DNA from: Elusimicrobiota bacterium | GTDB lineage: Bacteria > Elusimicrobiota > Elusimicrobia > UBA1565 | Reading direction: 5' to 3' | Length of the DNA: 52,565 nt | NCBI GenBank assembly: GCA_043819795.1 | Contig: JBDREN010000141.1 | Coordinates: 1 to 52,565, forward strand | In this document: piece by piece, positions 10,139-18,711 of the stretch | Position numbering within the stretch: position 1 is the stretch's first letter | How the letters are laid out: every line of letters begins with the position of its first letter | Translations under genes and position numbers: made by a program | Notes under the pieces: generated by a model | Databases searched by the model: none | What the model was told of the DNA's origin: nothing | The model's input: only the letters and a program-made list of their open reading frames with translations

Positions 10139-11527
10139 ATGGCGACGGCGAACCGCGCGGTGACGCTGGCCTTGGCCCTGCTCCTCTTGAGCGGAGGGCG
10201 CCCCTGCGAGGCGGCCTCGGCAGGAGCCGAGCCGTTCAATTTCCTCTTCCTGGACGCGAACGCCCGCGCCGTGGGGATGGGCGGCGCCTACACGGCGATG
10301 GCCGCGGACGCCAACGCCCTGCTCTACAACCCCGCGGGCCTGGGCAGGATGGACGCTCACGAACTGACGTTCATGCACAACGAGTACTTCCAGGGCATCT
10401 TCCAGGACTACGTGGGCTTCGGCGCCCGCCAGGGATGGGGCGTGAGCCTGAACTACCTGAGTTTCGGGAATGTCCCAAGAACGACGATATCCAACCCCAC
10501 GGGCGCCGGTCTGGGCACAGCCGGGCTCACGGACCTGGCCTTCGGAGCGGGCTACGGCCGCTCCTTCCAGGAGCGGTGGAGCCTGGGCGCGGGCATCAAG
10601 TTCATCCGAGAATCCATCGACGACATCTCGACGCAGGGCCACGCCCTCGATCTCGGCGCCATGTACGATCCCCCCGCCTTCACGGGCCTGACCGTGGGCA
10701 TGGCGATCCAGAACATCGGGCCGACCGTCACGTTCCAGCACGCTACGGAGAACCTCCCGCTGAACGTACGGATGGGAGCCGCCTACGACTTCTCCTTGGG
10801 GGGCCGGAAGAACAAGCTGTCTTTGGACCTGAGCAAGGAGCGCAGCGAGGACGTGCTGGTCGCCCTCGGAGCCGAGATCCGGCTCTATCCCCTCATGCCC
10901 CTGCGGGCGGGCTTCAATACCCGCAACGACGCCGGCCCCGGGGTCAGCGTGGGAGTCGGATGGGTCCACAGGGACCTCATGATCGACTACGCCTTCGTCC
11001 CCTTCGGCGACCTCGGCAACGCCCACCGCATCAGCGCTACCGTGCGATGGGACGTCACGGCCGCCGCGCCCGCGGCCACGATGGCGCCCGTCGTGAAAAG
11101 AGAGACGCCGCAGGCCGGAGAGACGCCCGAGTCGCATCTCGACTACGCCGACCGCTTCATCGAGGTGGGCATGCTGGAGGCGGCCGCCAAGGAGCTCAAG
11201 GCCGCCGCCGACCTGCTCGATCCCGACGACCGGCTGTGGATCCGCTATCTCGCGCGCAGCGGGCACATCGCCCTCCTCGAAGACGATATCCCGAGAGCCA
11301 AGCGCTCGTTCCAGCTGGCCGTGGAACTGGCCGTCCGGCTGGGGCTGAAGGGGCCCCGCGTCGCCAACGCGTATGCGGGCTTAGGTTTGTGCCTGCTCAA
11401 GGAAGGCTCACTCGAGCAAGCCCGGATGTACTTCCAGAAAGCCATCGAGGCCGGTCCCTCGCCCCAGACGCGCGAAGCCCTGCAACGCCAGCTCAAGAAG
11501 CTCCGGGAGCGCCTGCAGGAGCGTTGA
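10139..11527 (+). CDS. PorV/PorQ (UPF0164)-family outer-membrane beta-barrel with C-terminal TPR extension
   Basis: Signal peptide follows the ATG at 10139. Motifs FLFLDANARAVGMGGAYTAMAADANALLYNPAGL and DYAFVPFGDLGNAHRIS; TPR-like AYAGLGLCLLKEGSLEQARMYFQKAIE. Confidence 0.85.
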   Translation: MATANRAVTLALALLLLSGGRPCEAASAGAEPFNFLFLDANARAVGMGGAYTAMAADANALLYNPAGLGRMDAHELTFMHNEYFQGIFQDYVGFGARQGWGVSLNYLSFGNVPRTTISNPTGAGLGTAGLTDLAFGAGYGRSFQERWSLGAGIKFIRESIDDISTQGHALDLGAMYDPPAFTGLTVGMAIQNIGPTVTFQHATENLPLNVRMGAAYDFSLGGRKNKLSLDLSKERSEDVLVALGAEIRLYPLMPLRAGFNTRNDAGPGVSVGVGWVHRDLMIDYAFVPFGDLGNAHRISATVRWDVTAAAPAATMAPVVKRETPQAGETPESHLDYADRFIEVGMLEAAAKELKAAADLLDPDDRLWIRYLARSGHIALLEDDIPRAKRSFQLAVELAVRLGLKGPRVANAYAGLGLCLLKEGSLEQARMYFQKAIEAGPSPQTREALQRQLKKLRERLQER

Positions 11528-11557
11528 AATAGCGCTCAAAAATAAGTAAAAAGAGGT

Positions 11558-12250
11558 ATGCGTCCCCTCGCTCTTGTATTGGCCTGGACGCTCCTGGCCC
11601 CGTCCGTATTCGCGGCCGATTTCGCCGGTCAGGTCGACGGTGTCCTGCGGGCCCTGCGCACGGGCGAAAGCCCTCCCGGACTGCCCCTCGCCGTCCCTGC
11701 CGCTCCCGAGGCCGTTGCGCTCACTAGCGACCTGCCCAACTTCGCCCGGGTGGACGAGTCCTATTATCGCTCGGCTCAGCCCACGGTGAGGGGGCTGCGG
11801 ATGATCGCGGAGCTCGGCGTCCGGACGGTGCTCAACCTGCGCGACGATTCGGAATCCTACGAGAAGGTTGTCGTCGAGGGCTTCGGCATGCGCTATATCC
11901 ACATGCCGATGTCCGCGTGGAAGCGCCCCACCGGCGAGCAGATCGACACGTTCCTTTCGCTCATGAGGGACCCCGAGGCCGCCCCGATGCTCGTCCACTG
12001 CGCGCGCGGCGCGGACCGCACCGGGGTCCTCAGCGCGATCCGCCGCATGGAGATCGACGGCTGGACGGCGATGCGGGCCGCGAAGGAGATGATCGCGTTC
12101 AAGACGTATTCCCCGCCCCTCGTTCTGTACGTCTTCGAGTACTACCACCGGATGGACCCCAAGCACGAGATCCCCGACCTCTCGAAGCTCGCCCCGCGCC
12201 TCTTCTCCGCCGGCGCCCCCGTGGCCCCGGGCCTCCAGCCCGCGCGATAG
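11558..12250 (+). CDS. Secreted protein-tyrosine/dual-specificity phosphatase family protein
   Basis: N-terminal signal peptide; NFARV..YYRSAQP; VLNLR; CX5R loop HCARGADRTG; RBS GAGG. Confidence 0.9.
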   Translation: MRPLALVLAWTLLAPSVFAADFAGQVDGVLRALRTGESPPGLPLAVPAAPEAVALTSDLPNFARVDESYYRSAQPTVRGLRMIAELGVRTVLNLRDDSESYEKVVVEGFGMRYIHMPMSAWKRPTGEQIDTFLSLMRDPEAAPMLVHCARGADRTGVLSAIRRMEIDGWTAMRAAKEMIAFKTYSPPLVLYVFEYYHRMDPKHEIPDLSKLAPRLFSAGAPVAPGLQPAR

Positions 12251-12257
12251 CGGCACG

Positions 12258-12347
12258 GACGTTCGAACGTCAGTTACTCAAAGCCACGGTGCCAGGCACC
12301 GTTTCGGTGCCTGGCACCGGTTGCGGTTACTCAAAGAACTCAATGCC
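12258..12347. repeat. REP-like composite palindromic element, copy 1
   Basis: CGGTGCCAGGCACCG-TTT-CGGTGCCTGGCACCG (12287-12319), flanked by AGTTACTCAAAG (12272) and GTTACTCAAAGAACTCAATGCC (12326). Lies between convergent genes. Confidence 0.75.
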
Positions 12348-12366
12348 GGTTGGCTGCGGTTGCCGG

Positions 12367-12870
12367 CTATTTTCTGTAGGCGCGGAGGATCCGGCCGGAA
12401 TAGACGGTATGGTAGTCGCCCTCTTGGTAGTACCTGTCGATGATGCCGGGGTCCAGGGTTTCCTTTATAACCTTGGTCTTGTGGACGATCTCGCACTCAT
12501 AGAATAGGTCGCAGCCCGGCAGGATGGACACCCCCTTCGTGGACCCGGGAGCGACCTTCATCCCGCACTCCCTGATCTTGTCCAGGTCCCTGCCGGAGCG
12601 GGTCCCGCAGAACTGGAGCTCGTCGGGCATCTTGCCGATAGGGACATTGACGGAGAAGCATCTCGCCTTCTCCAGAAGCCCGAAGGTGTGGCGCGAGGGC
12701 CGCACCAGGACCGTGAGCACGGGCTCGCCCCATACCGCGCCGAGGGTCCCCCAGCCTATCGTCATGGGGTTGGGCTTCCCCCGGGGGTCCTCGACGACCA
12801 AGAACACGCCTCCTCCCCGCAAAGCCCTGCAAAAATCCCCGAACCCCTCGTAATATTCAATACTCTTCAT
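12367..12870 (-). CDS. Flavin reductase-like (flavoredoxin family) FMN-binding protein
   Basis: Motifs KPNPMTIGWG...VLVRPSRHT...FSVNVP...FCGTRSGRDLDK...YHTVYSGRI. Start at ATG 12870 with GGGAGG RBS. Confidence 0.9.
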   Translation of the reverse strand: MKSIEYYEGFGDFCRALRGGGVFLVVEDPRGKPNPMTIGWGTLGAVWGEPVLTVLVRPSRHTFGLLEKARCFSVNVPIGKMPDELQFCGTRSGRDLDKIRECGMKVAPGSTKGVSILPGCDLFYECEIVHKTKVIKETLDPGIIDRYYQEGDYHTVYSGRILRAYRK

Positions 12871-12964
12871 GCGCCGTCGTCCTCCCGGCCATCCTGGCCA
12901 AAGCCAATCATATTCTAACACCAACGGCCAGCGGCGTCATATCCGGATAACGGGATAACGGCAC

Positions 12965-12994
12965 CGACACATTGCCTCCTCTAAAATCGTCTAA
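12965..12994 (+). promoter_or_regulatory. Putative autoregulatory ECF sigma promoter (CGACACATT-N12-ATCGTCTAA)
   Basis: Lies 38 bp upstream of the ECF gene. The same bipartite motif with the same spacing recurs at 13575-13604. CGTC is a typical ECF -10 core. Confidence 0.75.
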
Positions 12995-13032
12995 TATGTA
13001 TAGGCAACGCGGCCAAGCAGGCGCATCCTTTT

Positions 13033-13623
13033 GTGGAACAGGCTGAGATCCGACGCATCATCGAGGAAGTCCGCTCCGGCTCCACCGCCGCCTATGCGGG
13101 CCTGGTCCGGCGGCATCAGCAAATGGTCTTAAGCGTGTGCGCCTCCATGCTCGGGGCTTCCGACGCGGAGGACGCGGCGCAAGAGGTGTTCCTTAAAGCT
13201 TTCCGGTCCCTCGGCAAGTTCCAGGCCGCCGCCTCGTTCTCCACATGGCTCTATCGCATCGCGACCAACCACTGCCTGGACACGCTTAAGAAGGCCTCCC
13301 GGCAGAGGGAGGAATCCTGGGACGCCTTGCTCGAGCGTGACGGGGAGCTCTCGCCGGGGTCGTCGCCGCCCGCGCGGAGCGAAAGCGCGGCCCTTGAGGA
13401 CAAAGACCTGGTCGAACGCATCCTTTCCGGCCTGAAGCCGGAGTACCGGGCGATCCTGGTCCTCCGCGAGCTCCAAGGCCTGAGCTACCGGGAGCTCGCC
13501 GAGACGCTGGATTGCTCCATTGACTCGGTCAAGGCGCTCCTCAGGCGGGCGCGCGAGGCGTTCATGGCGGGCCGCGACACATTCCAGGAGCCAAGATCGT
13601 CTAACGAGGTGAGGGCGCGATGA
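13033..13623 (+). CDS. ECF-family RNA polymerase sigma factor
   Basis: Region 2: DAEDAAQEVFLKAFRSL...FSTWLYRIATNHCLD. Region 4: LRELQGLSYRELAETLDCSIDSVKALLRRAR. Confidence 0.95.
   Translation: MEQAEIRRIIEEVRSGSTAAYAGLVRRHQQMVLSVCASMLGASDAEDAAQEVFLKAFRSLGKFQAAASFSTWLYRIATNHCLDTLKKASRQREESWDALLERDGELSPGSSPPARSESAALEDKDLVERILSGLKPEYRAILVLRELQGLSYRELAETLDCSIDSVKALLRRAREAFMAGRDTFQEPRSSNEVRAR
13575..13604 (+). promoter_or_regulatory. Second copy of the putative ECF promoter, inside the sigma gene 3' end and upstream of the anti-sigma gene
   Basis: CGACACATT-ccaggagccaag-ATCGTCTAA ends 15 bp before the anti-sigma ATG at 13620. Confidence 0.7.
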
Positions 13624-14081
13624 ACGAATACCAGAAAGAGCTCATCCTGGCCTACCACGACGGAGAGCTCGGGGAAGACGAGAAGAGGGAAGCCGAGGCG
13701 CTCCTGGCGAAGGACCCCGAATCCCGGAGGTTCCTGGAGAGCTGGAGGGAAGCCTCGGGCAGATACTTCAAGCGCCCGGAAGTCCGCGCTTCGAACGATT
13801 TCGTTTCCCGGGTAATGGACCGCATCGACGAATCGGCGAAGGCGGGCGAAAGAACCTCGCCTTGGTGGTGGGGATGGCTTATCCCGGCTCTCGCGGCCGC
13901 CTCCCTGCTCCTGGTGCTGATCCCCGCGCCCGAGACTCTGTGGGGCGCTCGGGAACCCGACGTCTCCACGGACGCCCTTCTTTTGACGTCCGGGGGCCTG
14001 AGCGACCGGCCCGGATGGATGGCCTCCGACACGGCCAGCGGGGCCGAGACCCTTTTGGACACGTATTTGGAGGAGCTATGA
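13620..14081 (+). CDS. Putative transmembrane anti-sigma factor
   Basis: ATGA overlap with the sigma gene; N-terminal LILAYHDGEL...EAEALL (zf-HC2-like, but without the HxxxCxxC ligands); one TM helix WWWGWLIPALAAASLLLVLI. Confidence 0.8.
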   Translation: MNEYQKELILAYHDGELGEDEKREAEALLAKDPESRRFLESWREASGRYFKRPEVRASNDFVSRVMDRIDESAKAGERTSPWWWGWLIPALAAASLLLVLIPAPETLWGAREPDVSTDALLLTSGGLSDRPGWMASDTASGAETLLDTYLEEL

Positions 14082-14575
14082 GGATCGACTTCGAGATCGA
14101 CTGGAAGCAGGTCGTCACCGCGTTCCTCATCGGCCTCATCGCCGGCGTGGCGGTCATGCAGTGGAGGACGCATCACCGGTTCTACAAGCGATGGCACGAG
14201 CGGGGGCGCCCTGGGCAAGAAAAGCCGTTCGAGCGCAGACTGGAGCGCTTCAGCTCGAAGCTCGGGCTTACCCCGGAGCAACAAGACCGGGTCGCCGGGA
14301 TATTCGACAGCCAGGGTGAGGCCATGGAGGCGATCCGCGACGAATGCGGGCCGAAACTCGAGGCCGTGCGCAAATCCACGGAGGAGCAGATCCGGGGCGT
14401 CCTGACGCCGGAGCAGGAGAAGAAATTCACCAGGATGCGCAAGGGCCCTCGCCCCGGAAGAGGGCGGGGATTCGGAGGGCCGTTCGGCCCGAGAGAAAAG
14501 GGGATGGGCGGGAGAAGGATGCATGGAGGAGAGGAAGGCGGACGGCGATCCGCGCAAGAAGGATCCCAGCCATGA
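14078..14575 (+). CDS. Spy/CpxP-like (LTxxQ) membrane-anchored periplasmic protein
   Basis: GGAG RBS with ATGA overlap at 14078; N-terminal hydrophobic helix; LGLTPEQQ and VLTPEQEKKF motifs. Confidence 0.75.
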   Translation: MRIDFEIDWKQVVTAFLIGLIAGVAVMQWRTHHRFYKRWHERGRPGQEKPFERRLERFSSKLGLTPEQQDRVAGIFDSQGEAMEAIRDECGPKLEAVRKSTEEQIRGVLTPEQEKKFTRMRKGPRPGRGRGFGGPFGPREKGMGGRRMHGGEEGGRRSAQEGSQP

Positions 14576-14634
14576 ACGCGGCTAAGGACGAGGCGCCGCG
14601 GCCGTACACGACGAATCATCAGGAGGCGAGTCTC

Positions 14635-15339
14635 ATGCAAAAGACGATGCTGGCGATACTGGTGGGCAGTTTGATGTCCTGCGGGGTGGTCTGGGCCCAA
14701 GACGCGGACGACGAGGGGCCCGGCATCGCGGCCGATGAGGAGGTCGTGGAATGGCAGGAGCCGGACGAAGCCGACGCTCCGTCCTACGAACATCCCTGGG
14801 TCCCGATGGGCCGCGCCATGGGCCACCGGGACGGGCCTTCGGCCTGGGGCGGCAGAGGAGCCGGCATGGGCCGCGGGATGGCCGGCCGGCGCGACGGCCG
14901 CGGCGGGGGCATGCGAGACGGTTCCGGCCCGGGGCATGGGCAGGCCTGCCAGCGGTTCATCGGGATCATCCGTAGGAACGCGAAGGAGCTCGGCCTGGAC
15001 GACAAGCAGAAGGAAGGCCTCAAAGACCTGCTCTTCGACCTACGGGAGAAGCGCATCCAGAATCAGGCGGACAAGAAGATCGCTACTCTCGGCATGCGGC
15101 GCGAGCTCATGAAGCATCCCCCGGACTTCAAGAAGGCCCGGGCGAAGGCGGATGAGATCAACAAGGCCTCCGCGACGATGATGCACTCGGGCCTGGACGC
15201 CATGGAGAAAGCGTACGCCCTGCTGACCTCGGAGCAAAAGGATGAGCTGAAGAAGATCAAGGCCGACCGCCCCAAGCGCGACGATCGCAAAGGCAAGAAG
15301 TCCCGCGGCAAGCGCGGCAAGCGCCGCGGCCGCAAATGA
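14635..15339 (+). CDS. Spy/CpxP-family periplasmic protein
   Basis: AGGAGG RBS; signal peptide MQKTMLAILVGSLMSCGVVWA; Gly/Met/Arg-rich linker; LGLDDKQK and LLTSEQK motifs. Confidence 0.8.
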   Translation: MQKTMLAILVGSLMSCGVVWAQDADDEGPGIAADEEVVEWQEPDEADAPSYEHPWVPMGRAMGHRDGPSAWGGRGAGMGRGMAGRRDGRGGGMRDGSGPGHGQACQRFIGIIRRNAKELGLDDKQKEGLKDLLFDLREKRIQNQADKKIATLGMRRELMKHPPDFKKARAKADEINKASATMMHSGLDAMEKAYALLTSEQKDELKKIKADRPKRDDRKGKKSRGKRGKRRGRK

Positions 15340-15382
15340 GGGCCACGGAGACGCCCATGACTCCGGGCGCCGCGCGCCCGGC

Positions 15383-16111
15383 CTAGAGTAAAAGCAGGCT
15401 GCCGACGACTCCCTCCAGGCTCTTGAGGACGCCCGTCCCCAGGAGCCTGGAGGGCTCGCCGATGGCGTCCTCCAGGCCCTCGTCGAAGCGCACTCCTCCC
15501 AGATAGGGCACCCCAAACCGCTTGACCTCGGCGCGCACGTAGGGCGAGTCCCCCATCGTCATATTCTCGAGCACGCCGACGATGCCCGCCCGCAGCTCCT
15601 GGAACATGCGGATCACCTTCCCCACGGTCGCGAAGGAGACCTTGGAGGGCGTGGTCACGAGGATGGACTCCGACCGCTTCATAAGCCGGACGACGTCCAG
15701 GGCCGCGTCGCTCAAGCCCGGCGGCATGTCCACGATGAGGAAGTCCAGCTCCCCCCACCGGGTGATGGCGAGGATCTCGATGATGGCGTTGGAGATGTCG
15801 GCCCCCCGCAGGGGAGCGGGGTTGTCGCCGGAGAAGAAGGACATGGACATGAATCGCAAGCCGTGGACCTCGGGCGGGACTATCCCCTTGTCCTCTTTAG
15901 GGAAACCGCCCTTCACGCCGAGGATGGTGTGCTGGGAGGGGCTGCTGAAGTCCAGGTCCAGGAGGCCGACCCTCCTTCCGGCCTTGGCGAGCGAGAGGGC
16001 CAGGCACGAGGAGACGACGCTCTTGCCGACCCCGCCCTTCCCCCCTGACACGGGGATCAGCCGCTTGACGCCGGCCAGGCGGTCCTCGATGACGCTGGTC
16101 CTGGGATCCAC
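15383..16111 (-). CDS. Mrp/NBP35-family P-loop ATPase, probable ATPase-type HypB (Thermococcus TK2007-like)
   Basis: GGKGGVGKS deviant Walker A; LLDLDF; TRWGELDFLIVDMPPG; VLENM is not followed by the CxxC of ApbC/Nbp35; translationally coupled to hypA. Confidence 0.85.
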   Translation of the reverse strand: MDPRTSVIEDRLAGVKRLIPVSGGKGGVGKSVVSSCLALSLAKAGRRVGLLDLDFSSPSQHTILGVKGGFPKEDKGIVPPEVHGLRFMSMSFFSGDNPAPLRGADISNAIIEILAITRWGELDFLIVDMPPGLSDAALDVVRLMKRSESILVTTPSKVSFATVGKVIRMFQELRAGIVGVLENMTMGDSPYVRAEVKRFGVPYLGGVRFDEGLEDAIGEPSRLLGTGVLKSLEGVVGSLLLL

Positions 16112-16527
16112 TACGCCCCCCGCCCCTTCACCGAGTCGAGCCAGATCCCGCGGCCTTTGACCACCTCAAAGTCCGGGCTCCCGCACTCCGGGCACCGGAG
16201 GTAGGCGTGGGCCACCTCCGGCACGAAATGGACGTACTCGGCCTCCTCCTCGGAGAGGCCCTTCCTGGTCTCGTCGAAGTCCCACGCGCGCCGGCAGACG
16301 CGGCACGCGAAGGAGGCTTTCTCCGTCTCGATGTTCACCTTGGCCGACCCCGCCATGGAGCCGTGCGCCTCCATGGCCGCCTTGAGCCCGAAGTCGAAGG
16401 CCTCCATGCTCATCTGCTGGAGCTCCCCCACGCGGACGTTGATCTCGCTGATCCGCTCGAGCCTCTCCTCCCCGGCGATCTTGACCGCCGAGCGGATCAC
16501 GCTCTCCGCCAGCGCGAACTCATGCAC
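16111..16527 (-). CDS. hypA: Hydrogenase nickel incorporation protein HypA (long-spacer, Thermococcales-like)
   Basis: A GTG start at 16527 gives the MHE nickel motif; VGELQQ; CRVC...HFVPEVAHAYLRCPECGSPDFEVVKGRG. Confidence 0.92.
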   Translation of the reverse strand: MHEFALAESVIRSAVKIAGEERLERISEINVRVGELQQMSMEAFDFGLKAAMEAHGSMAGSAKVNIETEKASFACRVCRRAWDFDETRKGLSEEEAEYVHFVPEVAHAYLRCPECGSPDFEVVKGRGIWLDSVKGRGA

Positions 16528-16543
16528 TGTCTTTCCCCGAGGC

Positions 16544-16584
16544 GGCACCAGCTGAGAATCCCGCGGGGATTTTCGGCTGGTGCC
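16544..16584. other. 19-bp imperfect inverted repeat between hypE and hypA
   Basis: GGCACCAGCTGAGAATCCC-gcg-GGGATTTTCGGCTGGTGCC. Both mismatches are G-T pairs on the + strand. Confidence 0.65.
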
Positions 16585-16624
16585 AAGAGAGAATAGGACG
16601 GTTCCAGTAGAATAACATTCGCGA

Positions 16625-17636
16625 CTAGCAGATGCGGGGAAACTGGTCCGCGACCAGCATGTCCAGGATCCGGCTTCCTCCGATAGCCGTCCTTAGGAAG
16701 ACCTTGCCTTTGGGGCCGGCCACGACTTCGCCGATCAACGCCGCCTCCTTGCCGAGGGGATGCGAACGGACGACCTCGAGCGCGCGCTCCGCGTCCTTGC
16801 CGGCGACGACCATCACCATCTTGCCTTCGTTGGCGATATAGAGGGGGTCGAAGCCGAGCAGCTCGCAGAAGGCGCGCACGGGCTCCTTGACGGGCACCGC
16901 GGACTCGAAGAGCGTGATCCCGATATCCCTGCCCGACACGGCCTCGTTGAGCACCGTTGCCAGCCCTCCCCGGGTGGCGTCCCTCATGAACTTCACGTCG
17001 CAGCCCGCCTCCAGGAGACCCTCGACGAGCCCCCAGAGAGGCGCGCAGTCCGACTCCAGCCCGGACAAGCCCAAAGACTGCCTCTCCGAGAGCACGGCCG
17101 CTCCGTGGTCCCCGAGCGTCCCGTTGACGAGGATCTTGTCCCCCGCCGCGATCCTATCCGGCGAGAGGCGCGTTCCCCCCGGTGATCTCGCCGATCCCGG
17201 CGGTGTTGATGAAGATCCGGTCGCAGCCGCCCTTCTCCACGACCTTCGTATCGCCCGTAACGACCCGCACCCCGGCCAGCCGGGAGGCCTCCCCCACCGA
17301 GCCGATGATCCTCTCCAGCGCCCGTCTCTCCAGCCCTTCCTCGATCACGAGCCCCAGGGAAAGATAGCGCGGCCTGGCCCCCACCGCGGCCAGGTCGTTG
17401 ACCGTGCCGAAGACCGAAAGCTTGCCGATGTCGCCGCCGGGGAAGAAGACCGGACTCACCGTGTAGGTGTCGGTGGTGAAGGCTATCCTCCCGCCCGCGA
17501 ACTCGACCACCGCGCTGTCGCCCAGTTCCTCGAGGACCGGATCGGGCAGGGACTTGACCAGCGAGCGCACCAGCTCGTGCGACAGCCTGCCCCCGCTGCC
17601 GTGGGCGAGCAGTATCCTCTCAGCCTTCTCTGCCAT
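16625..17636 (-). pseudogene. hypE: Hydrogenase maturation protein HypE, split by a one-base frameshift (genuine lesion or homopolymer sequencing error)
   Basis: The N-half (LAHGSGG, FFPGGDIG, GTVNDLA, VTGDTKVV) stops at 17154. The C-half (GDKILVNGTLGDHG, SDCAPL, MRDATRGG, ANEGK, terminal PRIC) is in the next frame. Removing one G from the G6 run at 17175-17180 fuses them. Confidence 0.9.
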
Positions 17637-18711
17637 ACTTGTGGTACGCGGCGCAGGTCCCCTCGCTCGAGACCATGCAGGCCCCGACGGGCTCGACCGG
17701 CGTGCACGCGCTCCCGAAGAGGGGGCAGTCCACCGGCTTCTTCACCCCCCTGAGCACCTCGCCGCAGATGCAGCCGGTGTCGACGCGCTCCTCCTCGACC
17801 TCCGCCTCGATATTCGCCCGCGCGTCGAGCCCGGCGAACTCGGGAGCGATCTCCAGGCCGCTGCCCGGTATGTTCCCGATGCCCCGCCAGACGCAATCGC
17901 AGGGCTTGAACACCCGGTCCATGACCCGGCGGGCCTTGGGATTGCCTTCCGGCCTTACGCTCCGCTTGTACTGGATCTCGAGGCGCGCCGTCCCCTGGGC
18001 GATCTGCTCGACCAGCAGACGCACTCCTTGCGCGATGTCCAACGGCTCGAAACCGGTGATGACCGAGGGCATGCGAAACTCCGAGCAGAGAAAGCCGTAG
18101 GGCTCGGAGCCGATGACCGTGCTCACGTGCCCCGGCAGGATCAACCCCTGGACGGCGATGTCCTTGTCCCGGGCCAGCGCCCTCAACGCGGGAGGGACCA
18201 GCTTGTGGCCGCAATACAGATAGTAGTTCTTGATGTCCCTTTCGACCGCCGCCAATACGGTGGCCGCGACGCTCGGGGTCGTGGTCTCGAAACCGACGCC
18301 CAGGAAGACGACCTTCTTGCCGGGGTTCTGCGCCGCGATCTCGAGCGAGTCCATCGCGGAATAGACCGTGCGCACGTCCGCCCCGCAAGCCCTCTCCTTC
18401 TCTAGGCTCGAGCTCGACCCCGGAACGCGGAACATGTCGCCAAAGGTGGCCACGATCGTGTCCGGCCGCCGGCAGTAGGCCACGGCCCGGTCCATGTAGG
18501 CGTTCGGCGTGACGCACACGGGGCAGCCCGGCCCGGAGAGCAGCTCCAGGCGGTCCGGGAAGACGTTCCTCAAGCCGCTTCTGAAGATCGCGACGGTGTG
18601 GGTGCCGCAGACCTCCATAAGCGTCGCGCTCCTGTCGCCGAGCGCTTCGGCGATCTCCCGGATGCAGGCCCGGACCGGCTCCGGCCGCCGGTACTCGTCG
18701 AGGTACCTCAT
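17620..18711 (-). CDS. hypD: Hydrogenase formation protein HypD
   Basis: MEVCGTHT, GPGCPVCVTP, PGHVS, GFEPLD, CPLFGSACTPVEPVGACMVSSEGTCAA. Confidence 0.97.
   Translation of the reverse strand: MRYLDEYRRPEPVRACIREIAEALGDRSATLMEVCGTHTVAIFRSGLRNVFPDRLELLSGPGCPVCVTPNAYMDRAVAYCRRPDTIVATFGDMFRVPGSSSSLEKERACGADVRTVYSAMDSLEIAAQNPGKKVVFLGVGFETTTPSVAATVLAAVERDIKNYYLYCGHKLVPPALRALARDKDIAVQGLILPGHVSTVIGSEPYGFLCSEFRMPSVITGFEPLDIAQGVRLLVEQIAQGTARLEIQYKRSVRPEGNPKARRVMDRVFKPCDCVWRGIGNIPGSGLEIAPEFAGLDARANIEAEVEEERVDTGCICGEVLRGVKKPVDCPLFGSACTPVEPVGACMVSSEGTCAAYHKYGREG

Noticed and set aside
15363..15381. 8-bp GC hairpin between convergent genes as a terminator
   Set aside because: No T-tract on either strand, and such stems are common by chance at this GC content.
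17170..17185. Programmed ribosomal frameshift in hypE
   Set aside because: A +1 shift would be needed, there is no canonical slippery site, and I know of no precedent in hypE; an indel is simpler.
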